A DNA stretch of 64,000 bases from Patescibacteria group bacterium (lineage in GTDB: Bacteria; Patescibacteriota; Microgenomatia; UBA1400; PJMF01), in contig BOKX01000001.1 of assembly GCA_016861205.1 (NCBI GenBank), forward strand, positions 72,539 to 136,538. Direction: 5' to 3'. A program made the position numbers and the translations under genes. Of the stretch, positions 56,001-64,000 are shown piece by piece (the stretch's first letter is position 1; each line of letters opens with the position of its first letter). The notes under the pieces are model-generated. The model ran no database searches. It had not been told where the DNA came from and saw only the letters and a program-made list of their open reading frames with translations.

Positions 56001-58433
56001 ATATCCCAATGACAGAGCTGATCCCGATAAGGTCATCGCAGAATAATTAACGCCACCAATATAGTAGATTCCAGAGTTATAGATACCCCCACCACTTGTA
56101 ATAGATGTAGTTGCACGCAAATTGCCAGTTATATCTACCTTGTATGTTGGTACTGTGGTGCCAATACCAATGTTACCGCCAAATTCATTCAAGATCAGGT
56201 TGGCGGCTCCCAATCCTGAAAATGCCTGGATGTTGGAGTATGTTGTGCCAGAGCTGGCACCAGGTCTAAAGTTGACTCCTGATACACCATCCGCATTCTT
56301 AAATTGTGCCCAACGTGTACTCGAAACACCCACAACTTCAAATTTTGTATCAGGCGTTGCCGTTCCTATCCCAACGTTTCCGGTCGAAGCATCACCATAA
56401 TAAAGGATGGCGCTACTTTGACCCAAAACTCTGGTGTCATAATTTTGTGCATCGTAGTTGAGCGTAATAATGGGCTGTGGATCGTTGACACTGTAGTGCA
56501 ACATTTTTAGGTTGCCCTGATTTTCAATCCAAAAGCCATTCATGGTGTGCAGTGATGATGTATCACCGTTAGTAGTGGAGAGATAGACATCATAACTACC
56601 ATCTCGCTTAACGCCGATTCTGTTTCCGCCACCACCGTTGGCGAAGATGTTGCCCTGTACAATCAGCTTCTCTGCGGGAGTGGCTGTACCAATTCCTAGA
56701 TTTCCAGCATTGGTGAGTACCATCCTTGTCGTCCCACTAGCACTCGCGCTCAAAATATTTCCACCCAAGGTTTGGTTGACAGTGAAAGCATCATTGGCAC
56801 CGTAGCCGCCGTTGACGTGCAAGAGAGCCGTGGGAGAAGTGGTGCCGATGCCCACGAGTCCATTGATACCGTTAATAATCATTCTGACACTAGGTGTTGC
56901 CCCACCTGTATAGAATCTCAGTTGTGCTGTGTCACCACCTGAATCAAGATAGCTATTTATTCTGGCAGAGCCAACAAAATTACCTGATCCCGCTCCATTG
57001 TTTCTATTTGTAAAATTAATGCCAATCTCGTCGAATGAAGTGGCATGAGTATTGTTTAATGTTAGGAAAGCTGTACCTGGAGCACTAGCACTACCCGCTC
57101 CATTAATCATAAGTTTTGATTGTGGTGTTGTGCCTCCTATGCCCAACCGCTTATTGGTATCATCCCAAAAGAAATTGGCATTATCCTGTGTAATGCCACT
57201 CGCTCCCTGGAACAGCACTGAACCACTCGTCAAACCTGGATTTAAGCTTCCAGCCACATTGGCACTTCCATTAAACACGCCATTAGCATCCACGTAGGAC
57301 AGCACTGAACCAGAAGCATCACGCCATTCGGTTAGGTTGGCAGTCTGGCCTGTGTAGCCTTGGATGATTTGACCAATTTTGGTGGCTAAGTTGGTAAAGA
57401 CATGAAAGCGCGAAACGGGACTGGTGGTCGAAATCCCCACACTGCCACCATCATGATACAAATTGTTACTCGATACCCAGTTAGTGCCATTAAAGTACAA
57501 GGTCATGCCGTTGGTGGCACTGGGCAAGACGGCCTCAGCACTGGGAGTAGCTGCACCGCCGCCGCCAGTTTGGTCTTCCACCAAGATCAGCTTGCCGCCA
57601 CTGTCCACCGATAACACCTTGCCACCACCTACTCCAGCCGCCGTGGAAGAAGTGACTCGGGTGAAGGTAATACCGGTTTCGCCATCGGTGCCAGAATCTA
57701 CCTCCAGTTTATTGGTCGGGCTGGAGGTGCCGATGCCGACACGGTTGCTACTGGTGATCAGGGCCACGTTGCTCGAGCTAGCCTTGTACCAGCCACTCAA
57801 GTTGTCTGCCGAGACTGTCAATTTCTTGTCAGAAGTATTAAGGCTCAACGCCACTCCTGATCCGGCAGTAAACTCAAAGGTATCTGTGTTAGAACCAGCA
57901 CTGGCTGTATCGTCACCGACTTTGATGGACTTGAAGATTTTTTGGTCAGAACCGCGGTCAGCGTTAGTGATCGTGATGTCTTGATCGCCACTGACCGTAA
58001 TGCCGCCACCGGCTACCACTGAGTAAACTAGATTTGAGGCAGTAATTTCGCCAGATCCGACGTCGATATCTATCCCATTGGCGTTTAAGTTGCCGAGTAG
58101 TTGTGCGCCGTTTTCCAAGATCACTTCATTAACGAATCTGGCTTGACCTTCAAAGACTGACTGCTCTTGAACCACCAGTGACGCTACGGTAACCGCATCA
58201 GCGAAGACGGCTGGAATGTTAACCTGAAAGAGTGGCGAGAGGATGGTGGCCTCTGATCCCGAGGTGGTGGGTAGGAAACTACTGCCTGTAGCAGGTAGAA
58301 CTTGGGCTAGTTGGGTCGAAAGTCCGAGCACTGAGCTGGATCTCATGTCACCAAGCACCTGGCGAGTCGTGACGAGAGCCAGTCCTAGTGACATTAGCAG
58401 TAAGCCAGTTGTTTTAGCTTTATTTAAACGCAC
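53094..58433 (-). CDS. giant (1779 aa) secreted repetitive fibre protein, tail-fibre-like Gly/Thr/Ser-rich beta-repeats, paralogue 1
   Basis: GTG start and signal peptide. Recurring (L/V)GIGT(T/S)SPT..L(H/E)V units. Conserved C-terminal module (TIFEKPAEFLADVTVRGRLY...), then a Pro/Thr/Ser tail. Confidence 0.7.
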   Translation of the reverse strand: MRLNKAKTTGLLLMSLGLALVTTRQVLGDMRSSSVLGLSTQLAQVLPATGSSFLPTTSGSEATILSPLFQVNIPAVFADAVTVASLVVQEQSVFEGQARFVNEVILENGAQLLGNLNANGIDIDVGSGEITASNLVYSVVAGGGITVSGDQDITITNADRGSDQKIFKSIKVGDDTASAGSNTDTFEFTAGSGVALSLNTSDKKLTVSADNLSGWYKASSSNVALITSSNRVGIGTSSPTNKLEVDSGTDGETGITFTRVTSSTAAGVGGGKVLSVDSGGKLILVEDQTGGGGAATPSAEAVLPSATNGMTLYFNGTNWVSSNNLYHDGGSVGISTTSPVSRFHVFTNLATKIGQIIQGYTGQTANLTEWRDASGSVLSYVDANGVFNGSANVAGSLNPGLTSGSVLFQGASGITQDNANFFWDDTNKRLGIGGTTPQSKLMINGAGSASAPGTAFLTLNNTHATSFDEIGINFTNRNNGAGSGNFVGSARINSYLDSGGDTAQLRFYTGGATPSVRMIINGINGLVGIGTTSPTALLHVNGGYGANDAFTVNQTLGGNILSASASGTTRMVLTNAGNLGIGTATPAEKLIVQGNIFANGGGGNRIGVKRDGSYDVYLSTTNGDTSSLHTMNGFWIENQGNLKMLHYSVNDPQPIITLNYDAQNYDTRVLGQSSAILYYGDASTGNVGIGTATPDTKFEVVGVSSTRWAQFKNADGVSGVNFRPGASSGTTYSNIQAFSGLGAANLILNEFGGNIGIGTTVPTYKVDITGNLRATTSITSGGGIYNSGIYYIGGVNYSAMTLSGSALSLGYENTSLALRTSSTTQLLINASGLVGIGTTTPTALLHINGGYGANDALTINQTLSGNILSASASGTTKMVLSNSGQLGIGTTAPTSDIYIWDASVADIYVKSNNTGTGLYMDGGAGAGNGITFKAANVQKWAIFDRENFAGTPLTIQDNSNNIVTAWLDIGASGLMGINNSAPTAALHVDGKYGSNAAAIINQTNAGDILTASASGTTKLVLANSGRMGLGLGTPGFMLDILATADNIDNGAALALKGTSYTTHGGYLILNKNTGNNTAAIIQSGDNNQYTPILLNPSGGNVGVGTTSTSYKLDVNGTARVAELLRVTGANGGVQMDSRDGSGTNFQWYNNTGDDLRLYGSSDLFTFTGTGRLGIGETSPQASLHVGPNNDGHVRHSAGTIDVRWDFVSRVYLSQNLGVDTGLGYNSGGIRISGQAIGEYGYILGGRTAAGGSGYDILFNPNNAGNIGIGTYVPGARLQVSGNGTTTGGALNITDSGGNSGLYVQDRGNIGMGTTSPIHRLQLTGTQTGKALAVLNETGTNDILTASSSGTTRFVLRESGRIGINTSNPEGFTHIRRTATNRAYTLDGNDTLVLEHFDTNRLKWVSNNTAHQLLSFSDEDSEDMGVIAYHHDTDSMGFATNTVTALRIDSAQNVGLLPTLAFGTNASRVFAIASSTAPTTSITDGIQLFAVDVAGSHELQVRDEAGNVTTLSPHNFSLLDNQRSEDLAWAFYSERNGLAINADMTKALRVVEKLSGEKLVRIKNLTNGEDLTDFYADQSTHELALDNAEWVARAELNPFMTWGSDVLTIIGKTIFEKPAEFLADVTVRGRLYLSDKDAAGYAVIKAGATTVTVPFEHSFITPPVVTVTAQKAVSGLRVTQTTQDSFTIQIAEPLTEDVTINWVAVAVTDPRVVESVAGSSIELETSVTSPTPNPSASLAPTSSPTPSPTIDPTPTPTPSQEVSPVPTPTPSTTESIPLEP

Positions 58434-58604
58434 GTGACAGTTTCAAAGTCCTAACACCAGACACACCACTCTGCCCCATCCCCGCCTCGGCGGATGGTTG
58501 GCAATGGCGTTGCTGGTTTAACACTTCACCCAGTGTACGGGATTTTGGTCGAGTGCAATAGACGAAAAAGAAGCGAAAATCAGCTGTGGAAATGTGACAG
58601 TACT

Positions 58605-61600
58605 TTACTGCGCATCAAGGTCGGGACTGGCGCTGATCGTTGCCGTGGTTGGGGTTGGCATCAGTTCTGGGCTGGGGCTACTGCTGTCAACAGCTGTCGG
58701 AGATGGATTGGGGCTAGCTGATGGTGTGGGTTGTTGTTGAGCCTGAGTCGGTGCTTCGGTAGGAGTGTTCTCGGTCCGCTTGAGTTGCTCAACAGAGATC
58801 GTACTCCAAACAACCTCAGTATCACTTGGCTGTGTCTCAGCCAAGAACACAACAAAACCAGTGGGAGTTACGTCTTTGACGGTCACTTTGGCAAAACTGT
58901 TCTGTGGGGTCAGGGTGATGACTGGGGTTTGCTTGAATGGTACCTCAAAGTTAACTGTCACCGTAGTTGAGCCTGCTTTCAGAACGGCCACTCCAGCTTT
59001 GTCTGGTTCACTGAAAGTGACCCGGGCTTTGAAAGTGACCTCAGCCAAGAACTCTGTGGGTTTTTCAAAGATGGTTTTGCCAATAATGGTCAGCACATTA
59101 CTACCCCAAGTCATGAAAGGGTTGAGCTCGGCTCTAGTAATCCATTCGGCATTATCTAGAGCTAGTTCTTGGCTTGACTGATCGGCGTAGAAATCGGTGA
59201 GGTCTTCGCCGTTGGTGAGATTCTTTATGCGGATGAGTTGCTCACCAGATAACTTTTCTACTACGCGCAGCGCTTTAGTCATGTCAGCGTTGATGGCCAG
59301 ACCATTGCGTTCAGAGTAAAAAGCCCAAGCCAAGTCTTCACTGCGTTGGTTATCCAGCAAGCTGAAGTTGTGAGGTGACAATGTAGTGACATTACCTGCC
59401 TCATCCCTAACTTGCAGCTCGTGACTACCTGTCACGTCCACGGCAAAAAGTTGGATGCCGTTAGTAAGTGAAGTGGTGGGTGCAGTAGAGTTGTAGATAG
59501 CGATGGTGTTGGCAGCCGTGTCTCCGTAGGTGTTAGTGCCGACGCCTACGTTTCCATTGTAGGAAATCGAAAACACGTCTTGGTTACTGTACAAACGCAT
59601 GGCGTTCCCATCCTGGTTATACCAGAGGAAACTGTAGGTGCCACCCCAGCGCGGCGTGGCATAGAATCCACCATCATTGCCGGTGACGCGGATGATGTTG
59701 TTAGAGCGAATTTCGCCATTCACATCCAGTTTATAGGAGGCGGTAGTGGTTCCAATGGCCACGTTGCCACCACCCGGGTTAAGCAGCAGCGGCAAGTGAA
59801 TGCTATTATCGCCCACTTGGATGAGACCTGGCGTGTCATCACCAGTGTTTTTGTTGAGAATCATGTAGCCACCGTGCGTACTGTAACTAGTACCTTTGAG
59901 CGCTAGTGCGGCACCATTGTCGGTGCCATCGGCAGTAGCCGTGACATCGACCATATAGTAAGCCAGCGAATTATTAACTCCCAGCCGACCTGCGTTGGTG
60001 AGGACCATTTTGGTGGTGCCACTGGCGCTGGCGCTCATAATATTGCCGCCCAAAGTTTGGTTAATAGTCAGAGCATCATTGGCGCCATAGCCGCCGTTGA
60101 TGTGCAAGCGAGCGGTGGGAGAAGTGGTGCCCATGCCAATGGTGCCATTTTCACGGACGTACAGTGCAGAAACGTAGTTGAGGTCGGTGGCGTTAAAGAC
60201 TGCGCCGGTGGTGGTGCCAAAGCCGGCCACATGCAACCGAGCGTTGGGAGCATAGTTACCCACACCCACACTGCCAGTTGAGCCAGGGTTGAAAATCAAG
60301 TCGTACCCACTGGCACCCCAAGCGGTGCGACCACCCAAGATGTAACCGTACTCATTGGCAGCTTGGCCACTGACTCGGATACCACCAGAGTTATAACCAA
60401 AACTACCTTCCACTCCCAAATTCTGAGATAAGTAGACACGAGACACGTAATCCCAGCGAACATCAATCGTGCCATTGCTGTGGCGAACGTGGCCATCATT
60501 GTTGGGACCGACGTGGAGCTGAGCCTGGGGGTTGGTTTCACCAATACCGACGTTGCCAGCGGCAGTAATTCTCATGCGTTCAGTTGCAGTGCCGTCCCCA
60601 GAGTTGTCACCAGTTAAAAATCTCAAACCATCTCGTGTGTCAGCTCCCAACTCCATGCCGACGAAGGTGCTGCCTGATGTTCTGGCCATACGCAAGTATC
60701 CATAAGCGTTATCAGAACTATTGTCAAAATCCATGTAAGTACCCAAATATGCGATAGTACTTCCCGCATTACCTGACAGGAGCATTCCTCCTTGTTGATC
60801 TAAAGATAATGATCCAACCGAGACATCAAGTTTTTTGTTGGGGATAGTAGTGCCGACACCTACATTTCCAGTGGATGCATCTCCATAAAGTAGAGTGCCC
60901 GTTGTGCCCTTTATCCACGTATCAAAATTTTGGCTGTTTTCATTCAAAGTAATAATGGGTTGAGCAATACTACTGTTATAGCTAAGTATTTTAAACGCGT
61001 TTGGTTCTTCTATCCAAAAACCAGCTTGAGTGTGGAGGAGGGATGTATCACCATTGGTTGTTTTGAGATAAATCTCATAAGAGCCATCTCTTGTTGAGCT
61101 TAATTTACCGCCATCTCCGGTATTATTTGCAACGATATTTCCCACCACGTTAAGCTTGTACGTTCCTGGGTTGGTTGTCCCAATACCCACATTTCCACCA
61201 TTGGTAATTACAAATTTAGTAGCTCCACTGGCACTGGCACTCAAGATGTTGCCACTCAAAGTTTGGTTGATGGTCAAGGCGTCGTTAGCGCCGTAGCCAC
61301 CAGTAATATGCATGAAGGCTGTAGGTGAAGTTGTCCCAACCCCAACGTTTCCACCCATAAACGTAGCAAGTATAGAGTGATTACTACCAGTCACCTGAAA
61401 AGGAATATTTTGGAATGGATAACCCGACGTTATTCGCAATGGATGATTGAAAGTGGAGTATGGTCCTCCATTTGCTGTATTAGCAGCAAAAGAGATACCA
61501 CCTGGACCATACAAACCTAAACCTTGACCGATACCAACACCATTTGCTCCACCGATATAGGCGTTTTGTCCACTTGAGTGATCAAAAACAATTCTGTTTG

Positions 61601-63278
61601 TCGTCGAGCTCCAAGGCAAGGTCAGCAAACCAGTTGCAGTGGTAGTCCCAATACTGACATTATTCCCTGCTGGATTTAAGGTAAGTGGTTGACTATTGTA
61701 TGACTGAATGGCTTTGGTTGTGAAATTAATACCCAAGCTATTTGCTTGAATGACTTGATCCGAGCTTAACAAGAGTGTTTCCGTAGCGGCGGCATTGGTA
61801 ATCGAAGCTCCATACGCTCCTGAACCTGCTGTCCTGCTTACAACAAAAATTGGCACATTTCCTGCATCAACAACTTCAAACAAGTTTGCAGAGGCGGCAC
61901 CTGCAGCTTTGATTCTCAATCCTTTTGTAGTTGCATCCGGTTCGAGTATTTCTAGTTGTGCCGTAGGTCCACTCGTTCCTATCCCCAGCCTATTCGTCGA
62001 GTTATCCCAAAATAAATTAGCATTATCCTGGGCGATGCCATTGGCATCCTGGAACAGCACCGAGCCGGTGGTCAAACCTGGGTTCAAGCTTCCCGACACA
62101 TTGGCCGTGCCGTTAAAGACACCGTTGGCGTCAATGTACGACAAGACATTGCCACTGACATCTTGCCACTCGGTCAGGTTGGCGGTCTGAGAAGTGTAGC
62201 CACGGAAAATAGCGCCAATTTTGGAAGCCAAGTTGGAGTTCACTTGGAAGCGAGATAGCGGATTGGTGGTAGAAATTCCCACACTGCCGCCATCGTGATA
62301 GAGATTATTGCTCGATACCCAGTTGGTGCCATTGTAGTAAATCGTCATACCACTGGTAGCACTGGGCAAAACCGCCTCGGCGCTGGGAGTGGCTGCACCG
62401 CCGCCGCCGGTTTGATCTTCCACCAGAATCAGTTTGCCACCACTATCCACCGAAAGGACCTTGCCGCCCCCCACACCCGCCGCCGTTGAAGAAGTGACGC
62501 GGGTGAAGGTAATACCGGTTTCGCCATCGGTGCCGGAATCAACTTCCAGTTTGTTGGACGGTGACGAAGTACCAATGCCTACTCGGTTGGTACTCGTGAT
62601 CAGGGCCACGTTACTGCTACTGGCTTTGTACCAACCCGACAAGTTGCTGGCGGTGAGGGTCATTTTTTTATCGCTCGTGTTGAGAGACAAACTGATGCCA
62701 TCGCCAGCTGAAAATTCAAAGGTGTCGGTATTGCTGCCAGCTTCAGCGGTGTCACTGCCCACTTTGACTTTGCTAAAGATTTTCTGAGCTGAGCCACGAT
62801 CAGCGTTAGTGATGGTCAAGTCTTGATCGCCACTGACCGTAATGCCGCTACCAGCAATCACCGAATAGACTAAGTTTGAGGCTGTAATCTCTCCAGTACC
62901 GACATCAATATCAATGCCGTTGGCATCCAAGTTACCCAGCAGCTGGGCTCCGTTCTCTAAAATTACCTCATCCACAAACCGAGCTTGACCATTGAATACT
63001 GATTCTTCTTCGACGATCAGTGATAATAGGGTGGCTGTATCGGTAAAAACTGCGGGAATATTGACCTGAAACAGCGGTGACAACCCACTCGCACCATCGG
63101 CCGAGCCACTCGGCAGGAAACTGGTGCCAGTGTTGGGCAAAACCTGGGCCAACTGAGTAGAAAGTCCCAGAACGCGACCTTCCTTTTGAGCAAAACCGAA
63201 TACCTGACCGACGGTTACCACCGCCAACCCCAGGGAGAGCAAAGCTAAGCCAGTCGTTTTTACAGCGTTCCGTTTCAT
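58605..63278 (-). CDS. giant (about 1557 aa) secreted repetitive fibre protein, paralogue 2
   Basis: The ORF track gives 58605..63341. I prefer start MKRNAVKTTGLALLSLGLAVV at about 63278 (signal peptide, parallel to the paralogue 1 start). Same repeat units and C-terminal module. Confidence 0.7.
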   Translation of the reverse strand: MKRNAVKTTGLALLSLGLAVVTVGQVFGFAQKEGRVLGLSTQLAQVLPNTGTSFLPSGSADGASGLSPLFQVNIPAVFTDTATLLSLIVEEESVFNGQARFVDEVILENGAQLLGNLDANGIDIDVGTGEITASNLVYSVIAGSGITVSGDQDLTITNADRGSAQKIFSKVKVGSDTAEAGSNTDTFEFSAGDGISLSLNTSDKKMTLTASNLSGWYKASSSNVALITSTNRVGIGTSSPSNKLEVDSGTDGETGITFTRVTSSTAAGVGGGKVLSVDSGGKLILVEDQTGGGGAATPSAEAVLPSATSGMTIYYNGTNWVSSNNLYHDGGSVGISTTNPLSRFQVNSNLASKIGAIFRGYTSQTANLTEWQDVSGNVLSYIDANGVFNGTANVSGSLNPGLTTGSVLFQDANGIAQDNANLFWDNSTNRLGIGTSGPTAQLEILEPDATTKGLRIKAAGAASANLFEVVDAGNVPIFVVSRTAGSGAYGASITNAAATETLLLSSDQVIQANSLGINFTTKAIQSYNSQPLTLNPAGNNVSIGTTTATGLLTLPWSSTTNRIVFDHSSGQNAYIGGANGVGIGQGLGLYGPGGISFAANTANGGPYSTFNHPLRITSGYPFQNIPFQVTGSNHSILATFMGGNVGVGTTSPTAFMHITGGYGANDALTINQTLSGNILSASASGATKFVITNGGNVGIGTTNPGTYKLNVVGNIVANNTGDGGKLSSTRDGSYEIYLKTTNGDTSLLHTQAGFWIEEPNAFKILSYNSSIAQPIITLNENSQNFDTWIKGTTGTLLYGDASTGNVGVGTTIPNKKLDVSVGSLSLDQQGGMLLSGNAGSTIAYLGTYMDFDNSSDNAYGYLRMARTSGSTFVGMELGADTRDGLRFLTGDNSGDGTATERMRITAAGNVGIGETNPQAQLHVGPNNDGHVRHSNGTIDVRWDYVSRVYLSQNLGVEGSFGYNSGGIRVSGQAANEYGYILGGRTAWGASGYDLIFNPGSTGSVGVGNYAPNARLHVAGFGTTTGAVFNATDLNYVSALYVRENGTIGMGTTSPTARLHINGGYGANDALTINQTLGGNIMSASASGTTKMVLTNAGRLGVNNSLAYYMVDVTATADGTDNGAALALKGTSYSTHGGYMILNKNTGDDTPGLIQVGDNSIHLPLLLNPGGGNVAIGTTTASYKLDVNGEIRSNNIIRVTGNDGGFYATPRWGGTYSFLWYNQDGNAMRLYSNQDVFSISYNGNVGVGTNTYGDTAANTIAIYNSTAPTTSLTNGIQLFAVDVTGSHELQVRDEAGNVTTLSPHNFSLLDNQRSEDLAWAFYSERNGLAINADMTKALRVVEKLSGEQLIRIKNLTNGEDLTDFYADQSSQELALDNAEWITRAELNPFMTWGSNVLTIIGKTIFEKPTEFLAEVTFKARVTFSEPDKAGVAVLKAGSTTVTVNFEVPFKQTPVITLTPQNSFAKVTVKDVTPTGFVVFLAETQPSDTEVVWSTISVEQLKRTENTPTEAPTQAQQQPTPSASPNPSPTAVDSSSPSPELMPTPTTATISASPDLDAQ

Positions 63279-63367
63279 ACAAACACACACCATCTCGCTC
63301 CTCTTTTCCCAAGTAAGGTCAAGAAGCAATGGCGTACGCAAATGGTCACTGTTACCAATAGTACGTG

Positions 63368-63407
63368 GTTTTCGTCAAGTGCAACAGACGAAAAAGATGC
63401 GAAAGTG
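63368..63407 (-). promoter_or_regulatory. conserved inter-paralogue element (hairpin TTTTCGTCaagtgcaacaGACGAAAA plus GCAATGGCGT box at 63326..63335), also at 58540..58580 and 58501..58510
   Basis: The same two sequence blocks sit at the same spacing upstream of both giant genes; read directly from the sequence. Confidence 0.45.
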
Positions 63408-63417
63408 GGTACTTAAA

Positions 63418-64000
63418 TTACTCGGTGGGTGAAGGGGCGGGAGTTGGCGACAGAGTGGCTGAAGTGCTGGCTCCAGCTACCTCTGGAGAAGGGCTGGGGG
63501 CGGCTGAGCCGGTAGGACTGGATGAAGTGGTTGGGGTTGCTGTTGGTGATGGTTCAGTGCTGGCAGCTGGGGTGGTGACAGCCGCTGATGGTGCGGCTTG
63601 GCCCTGTGTGGTTCGGAGGCCGGTTACCGCCAGAGCGGTCCAGGTGATCTTGAGCTCGGTGGGTTGGGGCGATTCAATGGTGACCTTGAAGCCAGTTGGG
63701 CTGACCTCAGTCAAAGTGGCGCGAACATAACTATTTTGAGTGGTCAGCGTCACGGCTGGAGCCACCACAAAGGCATGTTCAAACGGCACTTCTGCCATGG
63801 TGTCGCCGGGTTTCATGATGATCTGGCCAGCGGCATCTTTGTCGCTGAAGTAGACTCGGCCACGGAAAGAGACTTCGGCCAAAAATTCGGCTGGTTTTTC
63901 AAACACTACTTGGCTGAGGAAAGTCCAAGTATTGTCGGTCCATTTTACTAACGGTGAGAGCTCAGATTGGGTCACAAACTGGGCGACTTGGAGATTAGCC
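63418..64000 (-). CDS. 3' part of a third paralogous fibre-protein gene (continues beyond window end)
   Basis: C-terminal module VVFEKPAEFLAEVSFRGRVYF... is homologous to those of paralogues 1 and 2, followed by a Pro/Thr/Ser tail. The track ORF starts at an internal Met, but the homology continues upstream. Confidence 0.55.
   Translation of the reverse strand, partial: ANLQVAQFVTQSELSPLVKWTDNTWTFLSQVVFEKPAEFLAEVSFRGRVYFSDKDAAGQIIMKPGDTMAEVPFEHAFVVAPAVTLTTQNSYVRATLTEVSPTGFKVTIESPQPTELKITWTALAVTGLRTTQGQAAPSAAVTTPAASTEPSPTATPTTSSSPTGSAAPSPSPEVAGASTSATLSPTPAPSPTE

Noticed and set aside
53822-57984. Numerous plus-strand ORFs inside the giant fibre genes (for example 53822..54124, 54484..54714, 57052..57297, 57463..57984, 61795..62190, 62434..62787)
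   Set aside because: They lie antisense to long, high-confidence, Gly/Thr/Ser-rich repetitive coding sequence. Such codon composition keeps the opposite strand open. Paired antisense ORFs in the two paralogues simply mirror the sense-strand duplication.
53094-63341. Possibility that the periodic DNA repeats in the giant genes are a CRISPR array or satellite
   Set aside because: The repeats are imperfect, in-frame and translate to a consistent beta-repeat motif. No short spacer/repeat periodicity and no cas genes are present.
63279-63341. Track start of paralogue 2 (MRTPLLLDLTWEKRSEMVCVC…)
   Set aside because: The extension covers the conserved upstream GCAATGGCGT element and precedes a clean signal peptide at MKRNAVKTTGL…, which parallels the GTG-start signal peptide of paralogue 1. 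I moved the start to about 63278.

Overview
This 64-kb chromosomal window is about 50% GC and gene-dense. I did not recognise any rRNA, CRISPR array, transposase or integrase. The gene content suggests a small-genome bacterium, possibly Patescibacteria/CPR-like: many short hypothetical proteins, four NUDIX hydrolases, frequent TTG/GTG starts, and surface proteins carrying Pro/Thr/Ser linkers. That taxonomic guess is inference only. The left third holds a divergent lexA-dedA pair and a minus-strand glycolysis/hexose block (PEP-synthase-like protein, eno, gpmI, class I mannose-6-P isomerase, bifunctional PGI/PMI, sugar-1-P nucleotidyltransferase). It also holds a holA-like gene, a frameshifted methyltransferase, and tRNA-Leu(TAG) followed by apparently degraded accessory genes. 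The middle third starts at tRNA-Lys(CTT), whose 3' end is repeated 17 bp exactly about 150 bp downstream. After it comes an AT-richer accessory block: GNAT, two NUDIX, a methyltransferase, a Ddl-family ATP-grasp ligase, a standalone C39-like peptidase, an Asp/Glu racemase, a HEAT protein, a carbamoyltransferase, and a domain-permuted PEP-utilising enzyme. The middle third continues with an a/b-hydrolase, an EamA exporter, an SDR, an ABC1 kinase with translationally coupled mini-ORFs, another NUDIX, an EEP nuclease, a Doc-type toxin with a small upstream antitoxin ORF, and an SGNH hydrolase. The right third is a plus-strand glycan cluster: a P-loop kinase-like protein, an NAD epimerase/dehydratase, a methyltransferase, a split transketolase, a GT2 polyprenyl-P sugar transferase and a large polytopic GT-C-like membrane protein. 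Next are a secreted beta-helix protein ending in a dockerin module and an adjacent cohesin-like anchored protein. The window ends with at least three tandem minus-strand paralogues of giant (1.5-1.8 k aa) repetitive secreted fibre proteins, which have near-identical termini and conserved upstream elements. The two candidates I find most interesting for novelty are the fibre/cohesin-dockerin surface locus and the ATP-grasp/C39/racemase/carbamoyltransferase/PEP-enzyme cluster next to tRNA-Lys.
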